A DNA stretch of 64,000 bases from Candidatus Enterousia sp. (lineage in GTDB: Bacteria; Pseudomonadota; Alphaproteobacteria; Rs-D84): the NCBI GenBank assembly GCA_045593685.1, contig JAZNXD010000027.1:29569-93568 (forward strand), written 5' to 3'. Shown here piece by piece: positions 53,108 through 61,791 of this stretch (position 1 is its first letter; every line of letters starts with the position of its first letter). The notes below the pieces were generated by a model. It was not told the DNA's origin, ran no database searches, and was given only the letters and a program-made list of their open reading frames with translations. The position numbers and the translations under genes were made by a program.

Positions 53108-54910
53108 CTATTTCCAGATGCTGGGCATTGTTGCATAGTCGTTCAGACCGCGTGCATCGCGGTACATGTCACCCACCTGGGTTGCGGTGGCGGATGGCCA
53201 AATTTCATACAGGTATTTGCCATTTATTTTTGCAGAATCTCCGGTTAGTGCGGTACAACCATAAAACATTTCTTTTAGCGAGTATCCATCCGGTGTTCCC
53301 GATAATTCGCCAAATAAATTTTCGGGGATACCCTTAAGGGCATAGTTTTTGAAGAAGGTTTGATAAAACGAACGGTTTAAAGGTTGGCCATAAATTCCGC
53401 CGAATAAATTTTCTGGTATTGTTTCCAGGTTTTGGCAAAATGAAAATGTTCCGTTGAACATGTCATTTGCGGTTGGACCCTGGATTCGCGCAAATAACCC
53501 CGATGGTACAGATTTTAATGCGTTCATGGATGAAAAGGTGGTTTTAAACATTGCGTATGCGGGTGCGCCATGGATTCCGGCAAATAAATCTGCGGAAATG
53601 GATGGTATGTTTGAACAACCGCTGAATGTATTTTCAAACATGTTGTTTGCGGGGGCACCATCAAGACCGGCAAACAGATTCCCGGGAATTGGTTTGTTTA
53701 TGCCTGTGCAACCATAAAAGGTGTTTGCGAATATGTATGGGGCGGGTTCACCCGTTATGCTTGCAAACAGGCCGTCGGGAATTTCGGTCAGGGCGGTGCA
53801 TCTGCTGAACGTATGCATAAACATGTTGTTTGCAGGTGCGCCACGCAGTGTGGCAAATAAATTTTTGTTTATTGATGTAATGCCGCCACAATTTGAAAAT
53901 GTCTCTTCAAATACAGATGGCGCCATGTCACCATGCAATCCTGCAAACAGTTTTGCCGGGATTTCGCCCGTCAGACCAGAACAATTTGTAAATGTGCGGT
54001 AAAATAATTTTTCGGTTGGGTTACCATAGATTTTTCCAAATAGATTTTCGGGAATTTGACCGGTCAGTCCATTGCATCCATTAAATGTATAGGCAAATGT
54101 TTGTGTGCCGGGTTGTCCCGAAATGTTCGCAAAAAGTGTTTCGGGTATGTTGCCGGATATTTGTGATGCCCCGAAAAATGTCCCGTTGAACATATTACTG
54201 ACGGGGGTGCCGTGTATGCCGGCAAACAAGTTGCCCGGAATAGAACTTGTTATATTAGAACAACTGCGAAATGTTTGGTAAAAGCGTGGCTGGGTACCAT
54301 CGGATAGTGTGGGGAATATTTTTCCAAGGCTGCCAGAAATGCCGGTTATGTTTCGATTGCTTTTAAAACTGATTGCGGCGGTTTCTTCGTTGGTACTGTA
54401 TTCTGTTGCCAGACCACCGATTTTTATTGTGTATGTGCCTGTGACGTCATAGGGATGTGTGTACGTAATTGTATCTGTGTTGGTTTTTATTTTCTTTTCC
54501 GTTTGGCCGTCGCCCCAATCGACATAGAAGGTGCCGGCGGCAGATATGCTGAAATTAAAACTGGATATGGCAGACGTGGTTAATGAAAAACTGAACTGGC
54601 CCTGTTTAATAAGTGTTTGTATTGCGGTGTCTGTGGCGATTGTATCTGCGGCGGCGGTGGTTGCGTATGTGCCAGTGCCATAAGTGGATGTTTGTTCGCC
54701 GTTTAATATCTTGTTGGCGCGGTCAATCGTTGTTAACAGATATTTCATGTTTGCCGCAATTTGTGGATTGGATAACTGGGGGTTGTATGGAATCGTGATG
54801 TCCCAATGCTGTTGTATTGCATCGTGGATGTATTTTACATTAACAACCTGGGCTGCGTGGGCATTCAACGCAAATAATGTACCAAAGATAGTTGCCAAAA
54901 ATTTTTTCAT
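53108..54910 (-). CDS. Secreted protein with at least 11 tandem ~31-aa leucine-rich-like repeats (BspA/DUF285-like)
   Basis: Signal peptide MKKFLATIFGTLFALNAHA. The repeat unit is NLFAGIHGxPxxxMFxxTFxxCxxLTGxIPE, iterated from about residue 225 to 560. Confidence 0.7.
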   Translation of the reverse strand: MKKFLATIFGTLFALNAHAAQVVNVKYIHDAIQQHWDITIPYNPQLSNPQIAANMKYLLTTIDRANKILNGEQTSTYGTGTYATTAAADTIATDTAIQTLIKQGQFSFSLTTSAISSFNFSISAAGTFYVDWGDGQTEKKIKTNTDTITYTHPYDVTGTYTIKIGGLATEYSTNEETAAISFKSNRNITGISGSLGKIFPTLSDGTQPRFYQTFRSCSNITSSIPGNLFAGIHGTPVSNMFNGTFFGASQISGNIPETLFANISGQPGTQTFAYTFNGCNGLTGQIPENLFGKIYGNPTEKLFYRTFTNCSGLTGEIPAKLFAGLHGDMAPSVFEETFSNCGGITSINKNLFATLRGAPANNMFMHTFSRCTALTEIPDGLFASITGEPAPYIFANTFYGCTGINKPIPGNLFAGLDGAPANNMFENTFSGCSNIPSISADLFAGIHGAPAYAMFKTTFSSMNALKSVPSGLFARIQGPTANDMFNGTFSFCQNLETIPENLFGGIYGQPLNRSFYQTFFKNYALKGIPENLFGELSGTPDGYSLKEMFYGCTALTGDSAKINGKYLYEIWPSATATQVGDMYRDARGLNDYATMPSIWK

Positions 54911-54994
54911 AATTTGTCTCTCCGTAATCATATGCGTTTAGTATATTAAAAATGTTGCCAGGATTGCAATCTGTTTATTAAGTTGTTTTTCTGC

Positions 54995-55023
54995 TTTACT
55001 AAATTTTGAAAAAATCGTATAAT
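54995..55023 (+). promoter_or_regulatory. Sigma70-type promoter for the OmpA-family gene
   Basis: TTTACT, 17-nt spacer, TATAAT (55018-55023). The SD aaggaagga precedes ATG 55058. Confidence 0.5.
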
Positions 55024-55057
55024 AAAAGGGATTAAAAAGTAAGGAAGGATTTTACAA

Positions 55058-56707
55058 ATGAAAAATAAATCTTGTGTGGCGACATGGGTTATTTCACGTA
55101 TGTTAATGGTCGCGGGCGTTTTGGTCGTTACGGCGTGTGCAAATTCTGGAAACGACATGGCCGAATATGTTGGTGATGTTTCGACGCCAACCGTTGATTA
55201 TGTCGAAGCATTGGATGTTTATTCCGCCCCGCACAAGGATTCCTTTCTGAATCAGTTGGCGATGAATTATCGTTCGTATGCAATTTATAATGCCCGGACC
55301 AGTGGATATGCGGATATGGGGGAATTGTTTGCGAATAAAGCGGTTGCTGCTTTTAGTGGCGATGTGCCTTTCCCTGAATCTTTGGATAATTGGCCGGTGG
55401 AAAATGAACAGGAAGCATTTGAATTGTATACCGCATATAATGAATTGATGGATCAGTTGAAAAATGATGCATCATATGCAAATCCCGAATTGGCGGCCGA
55501 AGCCCAGGCCAAATTTGATTGTTGGTTGTCTGCCACCGCCAGTGGTCAGGTTGCAACCGCACAACAATGCCGTGACAGATTTAATAAAACTATGACGGCG
55601 TTGCGTGATTGCGAGGGGGGCAAGATCGTTAAGAAAGATTCAACAACCCAAGAAACTGTTATTGATCAGGAAACCGTTATTGAACAATTTTCATCCGAGG
55701 CACCTGCGCGCAGTGCGGGTAAATATTATCCGGATACACGCAGTTTGAACGCAATGAACAAAGGTGTAAAAAATCGCGAAGGTGTAATTATTGTTAACAA
55801 TGTAAATGTGCCAGAGCATTTGATAAAACCGGAACCTGTTCAGCCAATGGTGTTTAATCAAAACATCTATGGTGGCGATAAGTCATTTACAAAAAGCCAG
55901 GCGGATAATAGTGTCAGAAACAGTAATAACAATGTGACCGCGCAAATGGATTGTCCAAATGCTGATGGAAAGTGCGAACGTGTGATGGAACCTGTGATGC
56001 AACCGCAACCTGCGGCGCCGTCTGTGGCAGTATATGTGGCCGAGAAGGAACATGCCCAACAGCCTTGTCCGGATTGCCCAAGTTGTCCGGACTGTGTTGT
56101 TGATGAAATACCGATGATTGGTGACGAGTTGGTTACACGTGAAGAATTTATCAATATGATGATGGCAATGCGTCAGGAATTACAGGCGATAAATGCGCGT
56201 TTGGACCAAATTCAGGCGACACAGGGTGAAAAAACCATGATCAAGGTTCAACAGATTCCATTAGAACCCAAACAGCATGTCATGGAAGAGGTGTTTGAAG
56301 TGCGCTTTGATTTTAACAAGGCGACCATTAAACCCGAATATCAGGAATTGATCCAGAAATTGGCAACCGCGACCCAGGAAAATAAAAATATCAAGGTTTC
56401 TGTGGTTGGGCATACCGATACGGCAGGGACCAGTAATTATAATTATGCCCTGGGTGGGCGTCGTGCCGAAGCCGTACAGAAGATGTTGATTAAGTATGGT
56501 ATCCCGGCCAGTCAGATTGTTGCGGTTTCTGCGGGTGAAGAAGATTTGGCGGTTCCGACCCCGGACAATACGCCAAATGCGGCGAATCGTCGTGTTCGTG
56601 TGGTCAAGGAAGTTCACTATACCGAAGAAGCGAAGCCCGTGCCGATGGCAATCGAGGTGGAAGAGGTGTCTTGGGGCGAATGTGGTGAATATGGCTGTGA
56701 ACAGTAA
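55058..56707 (+). CDS. OmpA-family peptidoglycan-associated lipoprotein, extended
   Basis: Lipobox-like VLVVTAC. The C-terminal OmpA domain is FDFNKATIKPEY...VVGHTDTAGTSNYNYALGGRRAEAV. It also has a PCPDCPSCPDC segment and a C-terminal CGEYGC. Confidence 0.8.
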   Translation: MKNKSCVATWVISRMLMVAGVLVVTACANSGNDMAEYVGDVSTPTVDYVEALDVYSAPHKDSFLNQLAMNYRSYAIYNARTSGYADMGELFANKAVAAFSGDVPFPESLDNWPVENEQEAFELYTAYNELMDQLKNDASYANPELAAEAQAKFDCWLSATASGQVATAQQCRDRFNKTMTALRDCEGGKIVKKDSTTQETVIDQETVIEQFSSEAPARSAGKYYPDTRSLNAMNKGVKNREGVIIVNNVNVPEHLIKPEPVQPMVFNQNIYGGDKSFTKSQADNSVRNSNNNVTAQMDCPNADGKCERVMEPVMQPQPAAPSVAVYVAEKEHAQQPCPDCPSCPDCVVDEIPMIGDELVTREEFINMMMAMRQELQAINARLDQIQATQGEKTMIKVQQIPLEPKQHVMEEVFEVRFDFNKATIKPEYQELIQKLATATQENKNIKVSVVGHTDTAGTSNYNYALGGRRAEAVQKMLIKYGIPASQIVAVSAGEEDLAVPTPDNTPNAANRRVRVVKEVHYTEEAKPVPMAIEVEEVSWGECGEYGCEQ

Positions 56708-56728
56708 ATATATTTGATACAAAAATAC

Positions 56729-56757
56729 TTGACAAAAAGTTTTTTGTAGTATATATT
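56729..56757 (+). promoter_or_regulatory. Sigma70-type promoter of a short independent transcription unit
   Basis: TTGACA (56729-56734), 17-nt spacer, TATATT (56752-56757). Confidence 0.5.
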
Positions 56758-56797
56758 GGCTGGCGTCAGAGAGATGTTTTGATAAAGGGCATTTGAA

Positions 56798-56956
56798 ATG
56801 ACTGATATGGTAAAAAAATTTAGTGTTGGTACAGAAAATCTTGGGGCGGATATGCGTGCGCAGGGTTTTAAAAAGGGTGCCGAGGCAATTAATCTGGCGG
56901 CGATATTCCGTGCGCGAAATATCGTTTTTGATGATAACGGTGAAAATAATTTGTAA
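56798..56956 (+). CDS. Unannotated 52-aa ORF (or sRNA) between ompA-like and PFOR
   Basis: Hand translation gives MTDMVKKFSVGTENLGADMRAQGFKKGAEAINLAAIFRARNIVFDDNGENNL*. It is bracketed by the promoter at 56729 and the terminator at 56976. The SD is weak. Confidence 0.35.
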   Translation: MTDMVKKFSVGTENLGADMRAQGFKKGAEAINLAAIFRARNIVFDDNGENNL

Positions 56957-56975
56957 TTCATCGAATTTGGTTTTG

Positions 56976-57002
56976 ACCGCATGGTGTTCCATGCGGTTTT
57001 TT
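56976..57002 (+). terminator. Intrinsic terminator of the short unit
   Basis: ACCGCATGG-TGTT-CCATGCGGT followed by a T6 run. Confidence 0.65.
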
Positions 57003-57058
57003 ATTTTATATACTGAATAAGTATTGGCTGTGGATGATAAATTTTATGTTTATAACCC

Positions 57059-57102
57059 TTGCCTTGGGGGGATTTTGGGGGTATGATAACACCATTGTTA
57101 TC
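57059..57102 (+). promoter_or_regulatory. Putative PFOR promoter with an overlapping 18-bp palindrome (Fur-box-like operator)
   Basis: TTGCCT, 17-nt spacer, TATGAT (57082-57087). The perfect inverted repeat GATAACA-CCAT-TGTTATC (57085-57102) overlaps the -10. Confidence 0.4.
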
Positions 57103-57135
57103 GATGGTTTATTGTTTATATAAAGGAAGGTTTTT

Positions 57136-60100
57136 ATGTCTAAATTAATTGTTGATGGTAACTGGGCGGCGGCCGATGTCGCGTACAGATGTGTTGATTT
57201 TGCGGCGATTTATCCGATTACCCCCAGCAGTACCATGGGTGAATTGGCGGACGAGTGGTCCTTTCAGCACAAGAAAAATATTTGGGGTGCAATTCCACAG
57301 ATTATTGAAATGCAGTCCGAGGCGGGGGCGGCCGGTGCCATGCATGGTGCCCTGCAGATGGGCAGTTTGGCAACAACCTTTACCGCGTCCCAGGGGTTGT
57401 TGTTAATGATTCCGAATATGTATAAAATTGCCGGGGAACAGACGCCTTTTGTTATGCATGTGGCGGCACGTGCATTGGCAACGCATGCATTGTCCATTTT
57501 TGGGGATCACAGTGATGTTATGTCGGTGCGTTCGGTCGGGTTTGCCATGCTGTCTTCGCATAATGTGCAGCAGGCGCATGATATGGCGGCGATTGCGCAT
57601 GCGGCAACTTTGCGGTCGCGTGTACCCTTTTTACATTTCTTTGATGGTTTTCGTACCAGTCACGAAGAATCGCGTTTAATTCGTATCGAAGATGAAGTGT
57701 TGAACAAATTAATTCCAAATGATTTGGTGTTGGCAAATCGTGCGCGTGGGATGAGTCCCGATAAGCCGACGATTCGTGGTACCGCACAAAATCCGGATGT
57801 TTATTTCCAGGGGCGTGAAGCGGCCAATCCATTGTATGCAAAGACACCCGAAATTGTGCAACAGTGTATGGATGAATTTGCAGAATTGACGGGGCGTAAA
57901 TATGGCTTGGTGGATTATGTGGGGGATGAAAGCGCGGAAAATGTTATTGTTGCCATGGGCAGTGCGGTGGAAACCATCGAAGAAACATTGGCGCATTTGC
58001 CCGCGGGATTGGGGGTGTTAAAGGTGCGGTTGTATCGTCCTTTCCCTGTCGATGCCTTCTTGGCGGCGTTGCCGAAAAGTGTGAAACGAATCGCTGTATT
58101 GGATAGGACCAAGGAACCCGGCAGTATTGGTGAGCCGTTGTATCAGGATGTTAAATCGATTGTGCCGGATGGGGTTGCGGTCTTGGGCGGTCGATATGGA
58201 TTAGGGTCCAAGGAATTTAAACCACGTGACGTCAAAGCGATATATGAAAATTTAATGCGTGGCACGTTACATCATAACTTTACCGTTGGAATTGACGACG
58301 ACCTAAGCGGTTTGTCTTTAAAGACCGATCCGGCTTTTTCTGTTGAAGATCCGAATTTTAAAACCGCTATTTTGTATGGTATTGGCAGTGACGGTACCGT
58401 TGGGGCGGTAAAAAATATTGTTAAAATTGTTGGGGAAAATTCTGATTTGTATCCCCAGTCCTATGCCGTTTATGATTCCAAGAAGTCGGGCGGACTGACC
58501 GCGTCGCATATACGTTTTTCGGATGCGCCAATAAAAAGCCAGTATTTGGTCGAAGTGGCGGACTTTATCAGCGTTTCAAATTTTATGATTGCCCAGCGTT
58601 TTGACATATTCCGTGGATTGCGTGCGGGGGGGACGGTTATGATTAATACATCCCTGGCACCGGATGTTGCGTTCGCGAATTTGCCACGTGATACCCAGGA
58701 ACATTTAATTCGAATTCGTGCAAATGTTTATTTCCTGGACGCGAATCGTGCGGCGGCTGAATTGGGGTTGGGAAATCGTATTAATACCTTTATTATGTTG
58801 AATTTCTTTAATTTGACAAAGGTTATTGATCCGGCCCAGGCCGCAATTAGTGCCAAGACCGCAATAGAAAAAACATACAAGAAAAAGGGTATGGATGTGG
58901 TTCAGGCAAACTGGGCCGCGGTGGACAAGGCCGCCGAATATTTACATAAATATGACGTGCCGTCTTCGGTGTCGAATTTTGCGCCGGACTTTATCCCGGC
59001 GATGACGTTGGATACGCCCGCCGAAATTGCAGGTACCCTGGGGGAAATGGCGGCACAACGTGGTGATGCAATTCCGGTGTCGCGTTTTCGCATAGATGGT
59101 GAATTTGGTGGCGGACAATATCCGGTGGGGACGTCGCGCTATGAAAAGCGGGCGGTGTCCGATCGGGTCGCAACTGTTGATTTGGACAAGTGTATACAAT
59201 GTGGCAAATGTTCCATGTTGTGTCCGCATGCGGTTATTCGTATCAAGGCCATGACAGAGCAACAGGCCGAACAGGCGCGTGCGCATGGCGTGCGTGTGGT
59301 GCCAATGAAAACGCCTGAGTTGGGACCGAATATGTACTTTACAATTAATATTTCGCCGGCGGATTGTACGGGATGTAATATTTGTGTCAAAAATTGTCCG
59401 ACGGGGGCTTTGTCTATGGTGCCGGCACGGGATGTTATGACAGAACAACAGGCGGCCTTTGATGCGGCGGAACAATTACCGGATATTTCGCGGGAAAAAT
59501 TAAATTTGAATATCCCAAAACATGTCGAATTATTGCCGCATTATTTTGAATTCCCGGGGGCCTGTGCCGGGTGTGGTGAAACGCCGTATGTGAAATTGTT
59601 GGCGCATTTGTTTGGCGATCGTATGGTGGTTGCCAATGCAACGGGATGTTCGTCTATTTATGGCGCGAATTTGCCAACAACACCATGGACCAAGGATAAG
59701 CATGGACGTGGGCCGGCGTGGTCAAATTCTTTGTTTGAAGATAATGCGGAATATGGTTTGGGTATGCGTTTGGCATTGAATCAGAAACGTCAGTCTTTAA
59801 AGGGATTGTTGTTCGAATTGGGAATTGAAAACGTAGAAGAAATGTTTGACGAAACCGATTCGAAAAAACAACGCGAAATAGAAGAAAAATTGCGGGCACA
59901 GTTGGCAAAAATAGAAGGTCCACGTGCACGTTTGGCGGAAAGTCAAATTGGTGAAATTGTTGATAAATCTGTTTGGATTATCGGTGGTGATGGCTGGGCG
60001 TATGATATAGGTTATGGTGGCGTGGATCATATTTTACACAGTGGCGAAAATGTGAATATTTTGGTTTTGGACACCGAAGGATATTCAAATACCGGTGGAC

Positions 60101-60645
60101 AACAGTCCAAATCAACACCTTTTGGGGCCAGTATGAAGTTCGCAATCGGTGGCAAGAATCATGCCAAAAAGGATTTGGGGATGATTGCGATGATGTCTGG
60201 GGCGTATGTGGCGCAAATTGCAATGGGGGCAAATCAGGCCCAGGCGATTCGTGCATTTCGCGAAGCAGAATCTTTTAATGGACCATCGATTATATTGGCG
60301 TATGCGCCGTGTATTGCGCATGGGTTTGCATTGCAAAATGGGCCTGCGCATCAAATGCAAATGGTTCAGACCGGTGCGTGGCCATTGTTCAGATTTGATC
60401 CACGGTTGATTGCAGACGGTCATAATCCATTGACAATGGATTCAAGTGTTGATAATCCGTTGCCATTGGAAGAGTTCTTGAAAACGGAAAGCCGATTCGG
60501 TGCGGCGCGTGCGGCGAATCCCCAGTTCAATAAATTGGTTGATTTGGCCAAGGCAAATAATGCATATAAAAGTGAGTTAAAAAAACATATTGCACAGTTT
60601 GCCATGTTAAATAAACCGGTTGTTAAAGAAAACGGAGAAGGTTAG
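57136..60645 (+). CDS. nifJ: Pyruvate:ferredoxin (flavodoxin) oxidoreductase, single-polypeptide NifJ type
   Basis: 1169 aa. YPITPSS is at the N-terminus. Two ferredoxin motifs are present (CIQCGKCSMLCPHAV and CTGCNICVKNCPTGA), with the TPP block GGDGWAYDIGYGG. Confidence 0.95.
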   Translation: MSKLIVDGNWAAADVAYRCVDFAAIYPITPSSTMGELADEWSFQHKKNIWGAIPQIIEMQSEAGAAGAMHGALQMGSLATTFTASQGLLLMIPNMYKIAGEQTPFVMHVAARALATHALSIFGDHSDVMSVRSVGFAMLSSHNVQQAHDMAAIAHAATLRSRVPFLHFFDGFRTSHEESRLIRIEDEVLNKLIPNDLVLANRARGMSPDKPTIRGTAQNPDVYFQGREAANPLYAKTPEIVQQCMDEFAELTGRKYGLVDYVGDESAENVIVAMGSAVETIEETLAHLPAGLGVLKVRLYRPFPVDAFLAALPKSVKRIAVLDRTKEPGSIGEPLYQDVKSIVPDGVAVLGGRYGLGSKEFKPRDVKAIYENLMRGTLHHNFTVGIDDDLSGLSLKTDPAFSVEDPNFKTAILYGIGSDGTVGAVKNIVKIVGENSDLYPQSYAVYDSKKSGGLTASHIRFSDAPIKSQYLVEVADFISVSNFMIAQRFDIFRGLRAGGTVMINTSLAPDVAFANLPRDTQEHLIRIRANVYFLDANRAAAELGLGNRINTFIMLNFFNLTKVIDPAQAAISAKTAIEKTYKKKGMDVVQANWAAVDKAAEYLHKYDVPSSVSNFAPDFIPAMTLDTPAEIAGTLGEMAAQRGDAIPVSRFRIDGEFGGGQYPVGTSRYEKRAVSDRVATVDLDKCIQCGKCSMLCPHAVIRIKAMTEQQAEQARAHGVRVVPMKTPELGPNMYFTINISPADCTGCNICVKNCPTGALSMVPARDVMTEQQAAFDAAEQLPDISREKLNLNIPKHVELLPHYFEFPGACAGCGETPYVKLLAHLFGDRMVVANATGCSSIYGANLPTTPWTKDKHGRGPAWSNSLFEDNAEYGLGMRLALNQKRQSLKGLLFELGIENVEEMFDETDSKKQREIEEKLRAQLAKIEGPRARLAESQIGEIVDKSVWIIGGDGWAYDIGYGGVDHILHSGENVNILVLDTEGYSNTGGQQSKSTPFGASMKFAIGGKNHAKKDLGMIAMMSGAYVAQIAMGANQAQAIRAFREAESFNGPSIILAYAPCIAHGFALQNGPAHQMQMVQTGAWPLFRFDPRLIADGHNPLTMDSSVDNPLPLEEFLKTESRFGAARAANPQFNKLVDLAKANNAYKSELKKHIAQFAMLNKPVVKENGEG

Positions 60646-60647
60646 AT

Positions 60648-61082
60648 ATGAAAAAAATTATTATCGCATGGGCTGTTTTGGTGTGTTTTGGTGGGTGTAC
60701 CTTTCAGACCAAGCACAGGGGGTATGTGTTCCCGTCTGATTTGGATGGTCAGGTTGCCAATATAAAAACAACATCAGAATTGATTGAAAAAATTGGTGCC
60801 CCCCAGGTAAAAACCGTTTATGGGGAACCGGTATGGATTTATTTTGGTGCCGATGAAAATTATCGTGGGCCATTGGCGCCAACCTTTACCGATGAAACGG
60901 TATTGTTGGCGTGGGTCAAGGGGGAACGGGTTATTAAAACCCAGGTCTTGCGCGATCGGGATTTGCCGGATGTGAAAATCGCAGAAGGCGAAACCCAAAT
61001 TCCTGCGGCGATTGAATTAAATGCACTGGAAGAACTGTTTAATAATATTGGACGTTTCAGCCCCGCAGGATTGGGACAGTAA
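60648..61082 (+). CDS. bamE: BamE/OmlA-like outer-membrane lipoprotein
   Basis: Lipobox VCFGGC, then HRGYVFPSDLDGQV...IEKIGAPQ, as in alphaproteobacterial SmpA/OmlA proteins. Confidence 0.65.
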   Translation: MKKIIIAWAVLVCFGGCTFQTKHRGYVFPSDLDGQVANIKTTSELIEKIGAPQVKTVYGEPVWIYFGADENYRGPLAPTFTDETVLLAWVKGERVIKTQVLRDRDLPDVKIAEGETQIPAAIELNALEELFNNIGRFSPAGLGQ

Positions 61083-61135
61083 ATGTATGTTTTTTTATCT
61101 TGTTTAAAAGTCTTAAATAATGTAAAATAATAAGC

Positions 61136-61672
61136 ATGAGAAAAAGAATTGCTTTTTTTGCCCTGGTGGCGTTTTTATCCCCGTTTGTTGCAAATGCGGC
61201 GTTCACGTCATGTGGACCGGGGTATGTTTTAATCGAATCACGTAAAAAAATTGATGGTGTTCCGGCTGCCGAGTGCCAAAAACTGTGGTGCCGTGATTTG
61301 GAAAATGGTCGTACCATGGGGACGGATGATAAACCAAATAGTGGGTATCAGGCCACGTCAATGCCGGTCGAATTGTGTGATGCCGATGGTAATTGTGTGG
61401 AATGTTGGGGAACGCGTAAGTGGTGCGCGGGCGAGGCACGTGGGGATTGGAATCCGGAATATGGGGCCTATACCCGTGGTGGTGATAATGCGACATATTT
61501 GTCCTATCAAAAGGGGAGTTGTTTTGCATGGCGCCTGGAAAAGCCAGAGTGTGAATCGGGGGAAACCGCGGTTCTGCAGGATGGCAAATGGGTGTGTGCG
61601 ACGTCTTCGGGGACAAGTGAAGCCAGTCGCGCATCGGGTGTACGCAGAACGGGTACACTGCGACGTTTGTAA
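61136..61672 (+). CDS. Secreted Cys-rich protein (178 aa), hypothetical
   Basis: Signal peptide MRKRIAFFALVAFLSPFVANA. It has 12 Cys (SCGPGYV, CQKLWC, CDADGNCVECW...) and a basic C-terminus. Confidence 0.6.
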   Translation: MRKRIAFFALVAFLSPFVANAAFTSCGPGYVLIESRKKIDGVPAAECQKLWCRDLENGRTMGTDDKPNSGYQATSMPVELCDADGNCVECWGTRKWCAGEARGDWNPEYGAYTRGGDNATYLSYQKGSCFAWRLEKPECESGETAVLQDGKWVCATSSGTSEASRASGVRRTGTLRRL

Positions 61673-61741
61673 TGTGATTTTATATCCCGGATGTTTCCGG
61701 GATTTTTTTTGTGTCAATTATTTGTTTTTCTGTTTTTTTTG

Positions 61742-61750
61742 TGGTATAAT
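61742..61750 (+). promoter_or_regulatory. Extended -10 promoter element for carD
   Basis: TGgTATAAT lies about 40 nt upstream of ATG 61792. No good -35 is present. Confidence 0.4.
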
Positions 61751-61791
61751 GTCACGGACGAGAGGATGGCAACCGTAAAAGGGTATCCATA

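Noticed and set aside
56261-56992. 243-aa ORF on the minus strand spanning the OmpA-domain region and the downstream intergenic
   Set aside because: It is antisense to the OmpA-family gene. It also crosses a promoter, the small ORF and a terminator on the other strand.
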